Of a stretch of 32,315 bases of DNA, positions 1 through 9,331 are shown piece by piece (the stretch's first letter is position 1; every line of letters starts with the position of its first letter). Under the pieces are notes generated by a model. The model was given only the letters and a program-made list of their open reading frames with translations. It did not search any database and was not told where the DNA came from. The stretch covers positions 1-32,315 of the IMG/VR virus record IMGVR_UViG_3300032290_000098; one strand, written 5' to 3'. Both the position numbers and the translations under genes were made by a program. This DNA is from a virus. Taxonomy: Duplodnaviria; Caudoviricetes.

Positions 1-133
1 CGACGTAGTGCGACGGCATCTGGCGCACGTCAGCGTCAAGCCGGTCAATGGCTTGGTAGATGCGGTTGAGTGTCCAACCCCCGAAGAACCCAGCGACGGC
101 GACGGCGATGTTGAAGAAGATTTGGTAGTCCAT
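1..133 (-). CDS. Partial small membrane protein (N-terminus only), probably first gene of the lysis region
   Basis: Not in the ORF track. ATG at 133, 2 nt after the stop of the preceding gene. Reads MDYQIFFNIAVAVAGFFGGWTLNRIYQAIDRLDADVRQMPSHYV: one hydrophobic helix then an amphipathic segment. Runs off the window. Confidence 0.7.
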   Translation of the reverse strand, partial: MDYQIFFNIAVAVAGFFGGWTLNRIYQAIDRLDADVRQMPSHYV

Positions 134-135
134 GA

Positions 136-2412
136 TCAAGGTGCAAGAGCGTTAGTGGGGACAGGCTCGGCTCGACGCGACAACTCGTTGCCAAACTGCG
201 CGGCAGCGCGGCCATAAAACTCGGGCATCTGGTTTATCTCGCGCCCGCGACGCAACGCCATAGCCGCTTCAACCATATCTGCGGCTTTTGCTGGGCTGGT
301 CATTTCGCGCGCGATTTCCATTGCAATTTTGTCGTCCATTCTAAGAGCTAGTCTCTTAAACACGTTGTTAAAAATCGTAATCGTGTTATTCAAGAAGCTA
401 GGTAGCGGCAAGCCTATTTCGCGGCCCGTCTCAGTACCCAGCCCGCGCACCCTAATGTTGGATTTCGCGCCCGCTTCAACAAGACGTTGGTAAGCGCCCT
501 CGCGCAACAGATCGTCACGAACCGCATTTACATATGCGAGCTGTTGGGGCGACAGGCCTTTGGTCAACTCAGTAATGCGCTTTTCAACCGCCAGCGCGTT
601 TGATCCTGGCGGCAATGGTGGCCCCAGTTTGTTCTGGCTTGCCATCGCAAGCGATTCAATCCTTGCCAACCGCGCCGCATCCTTAGCCACTGCGTCCAAT
701 CGAGGGCTAAGGCTCATGCCCGCTTCGTCAAGAATGCGAATTGGGTCAGCGTATTTCTTTAAAAATTTGGCGTGCGCTTCCGGCGTTACACGACCGGCAG
801 CGTCGGTGACTTCTCTGCGGTACAGGTCTTCAATGCCTGCCCGCGCCGTGCGAACCGCATCGGCATTTTTGCCGAACATCGTTACAAACTGCTGAGCTTC
901 CCGCTCACCTCTTGGTTGGAAATACGTCTTGATCACGTCGTCAGGGTTAAGCCGGGGCTCGTTAAGCGCTGTCTGTTTAAACAGGTTTGCGTTGACGCCG
1001 GTTTTAAACCGGGGCGCGTATTGCGTGCGGTATGTGTTAAGCGCTTGTGTGTACAGCGCCTTAGCTTCCGCAGGCAGCGTAGAACTGCCGTCAACAGCAG
1101 CGTCGATTGCGCGGTGCAGTTTGCCCAAGTTGCGAAGCGTCGTCGCCGCCGACGGGTCGCTAGACCTTGCCGCCGACGCAATGTCTGCGTTGATGGCCTT
1201 GCGAACGTCGTCAAGTTGCGCCAGCGTCACTTCAGGCGCAGCCGCAGGAGGCGTCGGCGCTTTCAATTTGCTGGTAATTTTTCCAACACCCAAAGGTGCA
1301 GCAGCAGGCGCTGCGGGCTGCAAAGACAGCAGTTTAGTGACCGTAGAAGGCGCAGTGCTGGGGTCAAACGTAGACAACTTACGGCCTAGAATAGACTCAG
1401 CCTCATCGATCACGTTGCCAACATTGATCTTGGCGTCGCCTGCCGCCGCAAACGCTCGGGTGTACGCGGGCTCAGTGACGGTAACTTTTGCCGCTTGCTG
1501 CTCGGCCTTGGCCGCGTCCAGCAGCGTCTGCCCAGCTTCGCGCTGGCTAACATTTGTCAGGCCAGTGTCAATTTTTTGCTTAACCTTATCCGCAGACGCC
1601 CGAAACTTTGCGTCGGCTCGGGCTTGTTGGGCCAGCCTTGCTTGGTTGGTCTGCGCGGCCATATCCGCGTAAGTGTCGGTCATCGCCGGAACTTCCAGCG
1701 CTCTAGCTTGTAGCGTAGAAAACCCAGTGCTGCCCGCTGGCGCCGCAACCTCACCTGCGGTAGGCGCTGCGCCAGGGACGGCTGAAGGGCGCCCGCGCAA
1801 AGCGTTTACGATGTCGTCGCCTTTGTTGCCAATGGCTTTGAGGTAGGTATCCAGTTTGATGTTTTTCAGTTTGCTGGCGTACTCCATGCCTTTGCCAATT
1901 ATTGGCGCAACGATGTATCTACCGGTCGCCTCCATCGCGGCGCCCTCAACAGCGGTTTTGGCTTGTCTTGCGGCAGCTTGAGGCAATGTTTCAGGCGCTG
2001 CGTCCCCTCCTGCCATCCGCATAAGTTCTTTGGCTCCTGCGTAACCTGCGCCAGCACCGGCCATCATGGCCGCCGGGCCTGCGGGCGTACCAAGCGCCGC
2101 GCCGCCGACAGTGCCCAAGGCTTCAACTGTAGGCGCCATAAATTGCGCGATTGCTTGTCTGCGGGTTGGGATAGCGTCTTGCTGAGTCTGGGCCGCAGGC
2201 ACTGGCCGGCCGTAACCGGGTATTTGGTCTACCGCAGAACTAGGCCGCGCCTGAGCAACGCCAAACTTAACGCGAATGGCGTCTTGCGTGGCGGGGTTTG
2301 CGTTTGCAAAATTTGCGTCTTGCGCGGCGTACTTGTCAAAAATTGCCTGCTTGGTGGCAGGGTTGGCGCTGACGTAATTGGGGTCGGTAAGAATTGAGGC
2401 CAGAGTTGCCAT
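136..2412 (-). CDS. Large DNA ejection / internal virion protein (P22 gp16 position)
   Basis: 758 aa, Ala-rich and helical, with a glycine-rich hydrophobic segment (GTVGGAALGTPAGPAAMMAGAGAGYAGA). Third of three consecutive genes after the tail genes. SD-like AAGGA upstream. Confidence 0.7.
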   Translation of the reverse strand: MATLASILTDPNYVSANPATKQAIFDKYAAQDANFANANPATQDAIRVKFGVAQARPSSAVDQIPGYGRPVPAAQTQQDAIPTRRQAIAQFMAPTVEALGTVGGAALGTPAGPAAMMAGAGAGYAGAKELMRMAGGDAAPETLPQAAARQAKTAVEGAAMEATGRYIVAPIIGKGMEYASKLKNIKLDTYLKAIGNKGDDIVNALRGRPSAVPGAAPTAGEVAAPAGSTGFSTLQARALEVPAMTDTYADMAAQTNQARLAQQARADAKFRASADKVKQKIDTGLTNVSQREAGQTLLDAAKAEQQAAKVTVTEPAYTRAFAAAGDAKINVGNVIDEAESILGRKLSTFDPSTAPSTVTKLLSLQPAAPAAAPLGVGKITSKLKAPTPPAAAPEVTLAQLDDVRKAINADIASAARSSDPSAATTLRNLGKLHRAIDAAVDGSSTLPAEAKALYTQALNTYRTQYAPRFKTGVNANLFKQTALNEPRLNPDDVIKTYFQPRGEREAQQFVTMFGKNADAVRTARAGIEDLYRREVTDAAGRVTPEAHAKFLKKYADPIRILDEAGMSLSPRLDAVAKDAARLARIESLAMASQNKLGPPLPPGSNALAVEKRITELTKGLSPQQLAYVNAVRDDLLREGAYQRLVEAGAKSNIRVRGLGTETGREIGLPLPSFLNNTITIFNNVFKRLALRMDDKIAMEIAREMTSPAKAADMVEAAMALRRGREINQMPEFYGRAAAQFGNELSRRAEPVPTNALAP

Positions 2413-2421
2413 GTTTATTCC

Positions 2422-3999
2422 TTACCGAAGAAGCGGGTTGCTGGTGTCCACGCCGCTGCCAGTTGGCGCCGCGCGGCGACTAGCGGGTGTTGCGGGCTTA
2501 AACGATGACTGCGGTGCTGGCAAGTCAGAAAATTGCGGAAACCGCTCAAAGTCTTCACCAAACTGCCGCCCATACGCGTCGCGAATGCGGGCCATCGCGC
2601 CTTGCGCCTGCAACTCTACCAACTCCAACTGTTTTAAGAGCGGCCCCGTGCCTTTGACAGGATCAATAGCCGCAATTTGGTCAGAAAGAATTTTCCACTC
2701 TTGATTGGCAATTGAGCCAATAGCACCAGTAGACGCCGCAGCGGCCTTACCCAACGCCGTAATTTTTCCTTTTAGGTTGGCAAGCCGCGTTTCGGCCGAC
2801 GCGGCCGCGCCCTCAGAGAATGACGGCAGCATGCCCGTATAGCCTGTCGCGCGGGACAAGCCTGGCTCAGCTCTCACAAACGAAATGGAGTCAAGAACAT
2901 CTTGAGTAGTCTGAAGCGCCGCAGTCGCAGATTTAAATTCTTTGCCAAGTGTGTCTCGACGCTTAACTTCTTGCGCGGGCGTCAGCGGTTTGGGTTCTGC
3001 GCCCCGCGCCGCCGGTCCACCAGGGATAGGCTCCAAATCGCCAGTAGGCGTAAAACGATAGCCTGCGGGCGCTTTCTGACCCGCCGCTGCCGTTTCGCGC
3101 TGCGGCCCTAAGCCAAGCACTTGCACGGCTGCGGGCGTGAATGGTACTCGGCCAACAGCTTGTGCGCGGGTAACAAGCGTTGGCTTACCATCAGGGCCGA
3201 TAACCGCAACCGGCGCGCCTTCCTGAGCCTCTTTCATTTGAGCTCTGCGGAATGATTCATACCCCGCCGGCGTAAGCGGATACCCCAACGACTGCATAGT
3301 GCGAAGCTCAGATGGGTCCGGCTTGAGCGCCGCCTCAATCTGTTTGAGGATTACTGGCGCGTCAGGCGAGCCAGCCCTAACCGCTAGGCTGTACCGCCTC
3401 GCCAATGCGTTTACATCTTGCGCGGGCGCGGCAGGCTGCGCAGCGGTCATTGCGTTAGTGGATGCGGGCGCAGCAGCGGGTGCAAGAGCATTAGCGCCTC
3501 GTGTTAGCGGCATCTCTGCGCCCGCTGCGCCGTCCGGCGCAATCTCGCGCATGGTACCCATTGGCGGCGTAATCGGCGCGGCGACAAGCTCGCCTTCGGG
3601 CGCAGCAACAGGCGCAGGCGCAGTGATTGCTCCAGCAGCAGATGTCGGCGTAGTTGCGCCCGCGCCGTCGCCGTATCGGCGCTCGTAATCCTCAAGGCGC
3701 TGCTGTTTTTGCAACGCTTGATAGATGTTGTACCCCTGCTCGCTGGTTCTAGGGTTTTGCATCATCAGCAGAGATGCACTTTTAAGATCAGGGCCACCTT
3801 TAGCCGAGATAGCGGCTGCGATCTGACCAAGAACGCCGCGTTCACGGCGCAGGTCTTCTAGCTGCATGTCGGCCATTTCAGCCTGGCGCTGCCCGCCCAC
3901 AAGCTGCTGAATCTGCGCCGCCTCGGCCAAGGCGTTGCGCGGCTGGTACTCAACCGTGGGCCGGTACGACATCGCGATGTTGGGATTGACAAGTGCCAT
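2422..3999 (-). CDS. DNA ejection / internal virion protein (P22 gp20 position)
   Basis: 525 aa, Ala/Pro/Gln-rich, with APAGYRFTPTGDLEPIPGGPA and GAIGSIANQE motifs typical of podovirus ejection proteins. Synteny. Confidence 0.7.
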   Translation of the reverse strand: MALVNPNIAMSYRPTVEYQPRNALAEAAQIQQLVGGQRQAEMADMQLEDLRRERGVLGQIAAAISAKGGPDLKSASLLMMQNPRTSEQGYNIYQALQKQQRLEDYERRYGDGAGATTPTSAAGAITAPAPVAAPEGELVAAPITPPMGTMREIAPDGAAGAEMPLTRGANALAPAAAPASTNAMTAAQPAAPAQDVNALARRYSLAVRAGSPDAPVILKQIEAALKPDPSELRTMQSLGYPLTPAGYESFRRAQMKEAQEGAPVAVIGPDGKPTLVTRAQAVGRVPFTPAAVQVLGLGPQRETAAAGQKAPAGYRFTPTGDLEPIPGGPAARGAEPKPLTPAQEVKRRDTLGKEFKSATAALQTTQDVLDSISFVRAEPGLSRATGYTGMLPSFSEGAAASAETRLANLKGKITALGKAAAASTGAIGSIANQEWKILSDQIAAIDPVKGTGPLLKQLELVELQAQGAMARIRDAYGRQFGEDFERFPQFSDLPAPQSSFKPATPASRRAAPTGSGVDTSNPLLR

Positions 4000-4001
4000 G
4001 A

Positions 4002-4730
4002 TTAGTACCCCATACCGTAGCCAGGCACATCACCAGTGTAGCCTGCGCCGTAACCACCTGTGCCTGTGTAGCCTTGGTTTCGCCCAAGCGCCTGCTGCAA
4101 CAGCGAATTCTGCGCTTGATTCTGGCTGTAATTCATGTATTGGTTTAAGCCACCGCCGATAGCGTTGGCTGCGCCCATGTAGCCAGATGCGCGAGCCTGC
4201 GCGCCGGCGCCTAGCACATCGGCCATGTTGGAGCCGAATTGTCCGGCCTGTGCGCCCAGCGTGTTGGCCGCAGTCTGACCAACGCCGGCCAGCGATTGCA
4301 GCGGGTTAAGTCGCGCCTGACGCTCGGCTTGGTAGCGGTTAAAGGCGTTCTGGTACTCTTGCGAACCCATCTCTTGGCCGAAGCGCGTCAATGCTTTGCC
4401 GGTCGCGCCTGACATCAAACCACCACGAGCCGCAGCCGAACGCTCCAGCGCCTTCTGGCCCTCCGACAGCCTGAACGCATACCCAGGGTCGGCTTGGAAC
4501 TGTTGCGTCCCAAACGGCGTGTACTCGGTCGCTAGCGGGATCAGCCTGTTAAGCGCTTGCTCACCAGCCTCACGGTAGGGTCTGCCCAGTTCAACCTGCC
4601 GCTCAAAAATCTCGCGCTGCACGTCACCAGCTTCACGGGCAGCTTGCGCTTGCGTATTGGCCGCGCTGCGAGATGAGCTGGCGCCAAGTAACGAACTTCC
4701 AATAATTGCTGCTGGTATCATCCAAGGCAT
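4002..4730 (-). CDS. DNA ejection protein, P22 gp7-like
   Basis: 242 aa. N-terminal AAIIGSSLLGA, central DPGYAFRLSEGQKALERSAAARGGLMSGATGKAL motif characteristic of gp7-like DNA transfer proteins, GY-rich tail. Confidence 0.8.
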   Translation of the reverse strand: MPWMIPAAIIGSSLLGASSSRSAANTQAQAAREAGDVQREIFERQVELGRPYREAGEQALNRLIPLATEYTPFGTQQFQADPGYAFRLSEGQKALERSAAARGGLMSGATGKALTRFGQEMGSQEYQNAFNRYQAERQARLNPLQSLAGVGQTAANTLGAQAGQFGSNMADVLGAGAQARASGYMGAANAIGGGLNQYMNYSQNQAQNSLLQQALGRNQGYTGTGGYGAGYTGDVPGYGMGY

Positions 4731-4731
4731 A

Positions 4732-5094
4732 TCAAACTCCTTCGCTCAAGCATTGAGCAATTTTACGCACCTGATCAGAATCCGTCGAGGCAATAATCGC
4801 CTCATCGACTTCATCCTCATCAGTGCAGTCCGTCGCGTGTATACAGTACCAAACCACGTTTGTCAAAGAGCGCACGCCGTGGTGTTTGCCGGCCTCAAGC
4901 GTTAGACAGGCCGGAGCGTGGACGATAGACTTCTGACCGTCAACGATCAACTCAATTGAGCCTTGCGCCAGCACCGACAGATGGTCGAACTTGTGCGTAT
5001 GCTGCACAAGCCACTTATCGGCGGGGATAAACGCCTCTTTGGCGTAGACACCGCCGCCAAAGTGATGCCGCACTTCAGGCTCAATAAACTTCAT
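4732..5094 (-). CDS. Cupin-fold protein
   Basis: 120 aa with HHFGGGVYAKE...QHTHKFDHLSVLAQG...GKHHGV, a cupin-like His pattern. TGATG coupling to the upstream gene. Confidence 0.75.
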   Translation of the reverse strand: MKFIEPEVRHHFGGGVYAKEAFIPADKWLVQHTHKFDHLSVLAQGSIELIVDGQKSIVHAPACLTLEAGKHHGVRSLTNVVWYCIHATDCTDEDEVDEAIIASTDSDQVRKIAQCLSEGV

Positions 5095-5429
5095 CAGGTC
5101 ACCTCACGCCCGCTGACGCGCATGTTGATGGCGCTGGCCGTGCCGGCAATCGTCGAGATGAAGTCGCCGATGCCAAGCACTTGGCCCACCAGTTCGGGGA
5201 AGGTGTACACCTCGGACGCCTGCAAGGTCTTGGTCTTGGTGATCAAGTTCTGATTGCCCGCCGAGCCAGCCGCCGTGACGAGGTTGACGCTGATCGTCGC
5301 AGCGCTGGCGCTGTAGTTCGTCGCGGTGAACTTGTCGATGATGGCCGTCACGCCAGTTGCGGTGTACTGGGTGGTTTGGCTGTTCTCGACCGTCTTGGCG
5401 GGGACGAGGACTTTGACTGAAACGGTCAT
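5094..5429 (-). CDS. Small beta-rich virion protein (fibre/needle partner)
   Basis: 111 aa, alternating beta pattern, Thr-rich. Directly follows the fibre gene, with GGAG SD. Confidence 0.6.
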   Translation of the reverse strand: MTVSVKVLVPAKTVENSQTTQYTATGVTAIIDKFTATNYSASAATISVNLVTAAGSAGNQNLITKTKTLQASEVYTFPELVGQVLGIGDFISTIAGTASAINMRVSGREVT

Positions 5430-5432
5430 GGT

Positions 5433-7088
5433 TTACTCCAATTGCAAAGAGTTGTTAGACGAGTATTGCGTCATTATCCAACTTGTTCCATCGGAAACCA
5501 AGGTGGCGTTTGCCCCAGCTACGGCCTCCAAGATCGCCGTGGTGGCTGCACCACCAGCCAAAGGCACCACGTTGCTTGACGCCGACACCAGCGTCTGAGC
5601 TTGGTAGTTCTGAAAGTACAGCACTCGACCAGAGTTGCTAGACGCTGTCGGGAGCGTCACCACGCAAGACGATCCAGACTTGTTGTTGATTGTCCAGACA
5701 TCCGTAGCGCCCACAGAGAAGTTGGCTGTCTGCGTGACTGGCGCTGCGGTGGGGTTGTATGGTAACGCGGGCACATCGGCAGCCACAATCGCACGAAATG
5801 TCGGCGCGCCGGCTGACCCGTTGGGTGCGGCCAAGAAAGTATTGGCCGTCTTGCTGGCATACGGATTTTGGGTGTCCCCGTAACCTGAAGCTAGGCTGAT
5901 CGCCGGAGTTGTGCCGCCGCTGGAAACAACCGGCGATGTGCCGCTGACCGATGTAACATAGGACAGGGTTGGGATGTCAGCCGCAACAAGGGAGCGAAAG
6001 CTCGGGGCTGCTGCGCCGCCCGATGTCGGCCCAGCGAAAACAGTATTGGCCGTGGCTGTAGCCACACCTGTACCACCTCGGCCAACGGCAAGCTGACCCG
6101 TCCAGCCAACAGTAATTGACGTGGCCGCGAGCAAAGCTGTCGTGGGCGAGCCGCCCAGCGTCAGCGTGACGTTGGTGTCGTCAACCTCAGTCAAAGCCGC
6201 AGCGGTAACACCAATCGTAGGCGTTAGACCGCCTGACGAAGTGATGGGCGCGGTGGCCCCGACTGAACTGACGTAGGACAACGCCGGAATGTCGGACGCG
6301 ACGATTGCCCGGAACGACGGTGTTCCGGCGCTTGCGTTAGGCGCGGCAAAGAAGTACTTGGCCGTCTGGCTTGCCCAAGCGCCCGTCAACGTGCCGCTGG
6401 TCGTTACCGGCGAGTTGGTGACGGTAAATTCAGTAGGTAGGGCCAGCCCTACGCTAGTTACCGAGCCGCCCGATCCGGTAGCCGCCAGTGTGCCGCCGAC
6501 AAAACTGACACCCGAGCCAATCGTGACGTTGCTGAACCCACCGCTGCCGTTGCCGTACAGGATCGACGTTCCGCTGGTGGCGGGTGCTTTGCCGTTAAAC
6601 GTGTTCCAGTCCGTCGAGGTCAAATATCCATTCGTGGACGTATTGGCCGCAGGCATACTGATGTCGGGCGTGGTGCCACCGCTGGACACAACAGGCGAAG
6701 TGGCCGTGACTGCCGTAACCGTCCCCTGCATAGGCGGCGGCAACAGGTTGACCGCATCAATTTGCTTTTGCAACTCGGCAACCTGCGACACCAAGGCCGA
6801 GCAGCAGTCTGCCAACGTCGCTGCGTCAATCAACTTGACCAACTCATCGCTCAAGTCAAGTGCGGGCGGCAGCGTCTGCAACTCTTGGTTGACTGCCTGA
6901 AGCGCAGCGTCAACAGACGCAATCGTCGACTCGGCGCTGAACGTAACGCCCGAGTCGTCAATGATCGCCGTGGTCGCGTTGTTGAGCGACAGGAAAAACA
7001 AGTACCAAGCCCGGCTGATCAGCCCCGTGCGAGGGTCAACCAGCGGCACCCGTGGGGGCGTAATGATTGGCGTGGTTGGGCTAAGCAT
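5433..7088 (-). CDS. Tail needle / fibre protein with internal repeats
   Basis: 551 aa. N-terminal PRVPLVDPRTGLISRAWYLFF tail-hub-binding-type motif, then coiled coil, then Gly/Ser/Thr-rich shaft with three P(S/T)FRxxVAxD(I/V)P repeats. Occupies the gp26 position after the gp10-like gene. Confidence 0.7.
   Translation of the reverse strand: MLSPTTPIITPPRVPLVDPRTGLISRAWYLFFLSLNNATTAIIDDSGVTFSAESTIASVDAALQAVNQELQTLPPALDLSDELVKLIDAATLADCCSALVSQVAELQKQIDAVNLLPPPMQGTVTAVTATSPVVSSGGTTPDISMPAANTSTNGYLTSTDWNTFNGKAPATSGTSILYGNGSGGFSNVTIGSGVSFVGGTLAATGSGGSVTSVGLALPTEFTVTNSPVTTSGTLTGAWASQTAKYFFAAPNASAGTPSFRAIVASDIPALSYVSSVGATAPITSSGGLTPTIGVTAAALTEVDDTNVTLTLGGSPTTALLAATSITVGWTGQLAVGRGGTGVATATANTVFAGPTSGGAAAPSFRSLVAADIPTLSYVTSVSGTSPVVSSGGTTPAISLASGYGDTQNPYASKTANTFLAAPNGSAGAPTFRAIVAADVPALPYNPTAAPVTQTANFSVGATDVWTINNKSGSSCVVTLPTASSNSGRVLYFQNYQAQTLVSASSNVVPLAGGAATTAILEAVAGANATLVSDGTSWIMTQYSSNNSLQLE
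5758..6370 (-). repeat. Three imperfect ~30-55 aa repeats in the fibre shaft
   Basis: TAKYFFAAPNASAGTPSFRAIVASDIPALSY / TANTVFAGPTSGGAAAPSFRSLVAADIPTLSY / TANTFLAAPNGSAGAPTFRAIVAADVPALPY. A second unit (SPVVSSGGTTPxIS-like) also occurs three times in the protein. Boundaries approximate. Confidence 0.85.
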
Positions 7089-8724
7089 TCGTTGGACTCA
7101 GAATCAACTCTGCGCCCATGATGCTGATCTTCACGGGGTCGGTGCCCGATAGCTCATAAACGCGGTCGCGCAGCTTCAGGGTCATGCCCAAGCGCCGCCA
7201 GAACACCCGGCGGTAGTATTCGCCGATCTTGCCGATCTGCGCCCAGTGCTCGTTAGACCAAGTGTGACCACCATCGTCCGACCAGCGCAGCATAACCTCG
7301 GGGCTGTAGCCGGGTGCAGCAGGGTAACCAGTGGTTGACAACATCATGGGCGGCACAAACGGCACGGGGTAGGCGGCTGCATCAACCAGCGGCTCAAAAC
7401 CATCACCTGCCTCGGTAGTCAGCACTTCGCCCGTTTCGGCAGTGATTTCGTTTTGCACGTACTCGGCAATCAAGATGTCGCCGTTTTCAGCCGTTAACTC
7501 TTCCGCATCGTAGGCGGGATACAAGTTCAAGCCAACGCCCGACTCAATGTCGAGTTGCAGGCTGTGCTGCGCGGTGCGCTTTAAGTTGTTTTGGCCGGTG
7601 GGCAGCGCCCGCCACGACCGCAGCCACTTCTGGATGCTGCCGTTGTCCGAGTAGTCTTCCAGATCAAAGGCGTAGATGTTGCCGTTCTCGTAGTCGCCGA
7701 CGACCACCTTGTTGTTGAACGCCATCTGGCAATTGCTGCGGTGCCGGGTGAACTCGCCGTTGTTCCAGCCCGCCCGCTCGTGCCAGGCTTGGGTGGCGGC
7801 GTCGTAGACCCAGGTCGTGTTGGCGCTCGGAAAGATCAGCACATAGAAGCTGTGACCGTCTTGCTGGTAGGTGTACGCAACTGCGTCCGTTAAGTCGCTG
7901 TACTGCTGGATCTGCCACTCGACAGCGTGGGTGCTGATGCGCTGGCCGGCGTAGCCGTTGGCCCGGTAAATGATGCCTTGACCACGTCGGTCACGCCCGA
8001 GCCAGAACAGGCTGTTGTCCATCTTGGCAATCGAGTAGGGCGCAGCGCAGCCCAACTCGTTGAACGCGCCGGGGATGCGCTGGAGCGGAAAGTCCGTTGC
8101 GCCCGTGTCAGACCAGACCTCAATCGAGTTGGTGCCAAAGGCCCACACCTCGCGGAAGTTGGCAACAACGGCCACCAAGCCGTCGGGCGAGCCTTCGGTG
8201 CTGGCGAACTCCAGCGGGTCAATCGAGGTGCCGTCAAGCAGCGCCGTAATCCACAGCCTCTGACTGTTCGGCTCGTTAAAGACGAAGTAGCCGTCTAAGT
8301 AACTTACGGTCACTGCGCCGGGAAAGTCCGGGTCGGTGATCTGCCCAAAGGCATTGGTCGTGTTGTTGTAGATGTAGCTCGGGCCGTTGGCCGCGATGAA
8401 GAGCTGGGTGCCGTTATCGGCCATGCTGACCGGGCCGGTGCCGGCCACGGTGCCGATAAGCGCCGGCGTGTAGCTGTTGTTAATCTTGTAGAGCTGGGTG
8501 CCCGACACCACAAAGCCGGTGCCGTCCTGCGGCGAGAAGGCCCACAGGCCACGGATCGGGCCGGTGCCAATCGAGTTGAGCAGGTTTAGCCCCGGAGCGC
8601 GGTTCAGGAACGCCGGCTCCTTGCCGCCCTCGGGCACGATCTCGGGAAACAAGTTGACCATGCGGGCATCCGCAGCGTTGACGCTGCGAGCCACATAGGT
8701 GCTGCCCAAAATCGGCGTCTTCAT
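7081..8724 (-). CDS. Tail hub / DNA stabilisation protein, P22 gp10-like
   Basis: 547 aa beta-propeller-like sequence with YLDGYFVF, FASTEGSPDGLV, YQQDGHSFYVL, TWVYDAATQAWHER and MLRWSDDGGHTWS motifs. Confidence 0.88.
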   Translation of the reverse strand: MKTPILGSTYVARSVNAADARMVNLFPEIVPEGGKEPAFLNRAPGLNLLNSIGTGPIRGLWAFSPQDGTGFVVSGTQLYKINNSYTPALIGTVAGTGPVSMADNGTQLFIAANGPSYIYNNTTNAFGQITDPDFPGAVTVSYLDGYFVFNEPNSQRLWITALLDGTSIDPLEFASTEGSPDGLVAVVANFREVWAFGTNSIEVWSDTGATDFPLQRIPGAFNELGCAAPYSIAKMDNSLFWLGRDRRGQGIIYRANGYAGQRISTHAVEWQIQQYSDLTDAVAYTYQQDGHSFYVLIFPSANTTWVYDAATQAWHERAGWNNGEFTRHRSNCQMAFNNKVVVGDYENGNIYAFDLEDYSDNGSIQKWLRSWRALPTGQNNLKRTAQHSLQLDIESGVGLNLYPAYDAEELTAENGDILIAEYVQNEITAETGEVLTTEAGDGFEPLVDAAAYPVPFVPPMMLSTTGYPAAPGYSPEVMLRWSDDGGHTWSNEHWAQIGKIGEYYRRVFWRRLGMTLKLRDRVYELSGTDPVKISIMGAELILSPTNA

Positions 8725-9323
8725 TACGTTGCCACGCCTTTGATGACGGCAAAGTTGAAAACAGGCTGCTCGGTTGTCGTGCCACCCGTGGTGCGGAATG
8801 TGATGTTAAAACTTCCAGCACCTACTGCTGTGACCATCAAGTCATAAAGGTCTGTGCCTGATTTCTGGTTCAGGATGATGACATCGGTTGCCGCAACGGT
8901 GCTGTTGGTCACGGTAAAGGTCGTCGCGACTGTTGTGCCTGCTGCGCTGAACAGGGTTATCGCCCCAGAGGTTTTATTTAGTGTCACGCCTGTGGTACGG
9001 CTTGTTGCTTGGGTGACAGCACCGCCCGCACCTGCGGCGTAGCCTACGCCAGCCGTGCCCGATGAAGTGACTGCATCAGTTACTGCTAGGCTTGTGCCCG
9101 TGGCCGCACCAATGACAGGAGCGACCATAACCATGCCGGTGCTTGTGCAGGCGCTGATGTTGCCGCTGGTCACTGTACCCAGCACAGGCGTCACCAAAGT
9201 CGGACTGGTAAACAACAGCGTCTTGGTAAGTTGCTTAGTGATGCCGCTTTGCACAATGGGCATAACGTCTGCTGCGTTGATGACTGTCGCAACGGGCAGT
9301 GCTGAAATGGCGATGGTGGTCAT
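8724..9323 (-). CDS. Short fibre / decoration protein with ISALP-type N-terminal anchor
   Basis: 199 aa. N-terminus resembles that of 15349..15882 and C-terminal domain is paralogous to 10293..10778. GGAG SD. Confidence 0.65.
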   Translation of the reverse strand: MTTIAISALPVATVINAADVMPIVQSGITKQLTKTLLFTSPTLVTPVLGTVTSGNISACTSTGMVMVAPVIGAATGTSLAVTDAVTSSGTAGVGYAAGAGGAVTQATSRTTGVTLNKTSGAITLFSAAGTTVATTFTVTNSTVAATDVIILNQKSGTDLYDLMVTAVGAGSFNITFRTTGGTTTEQPVFNFAVIKGVAT

Positions 9324-9331
9324 AATGGCTC

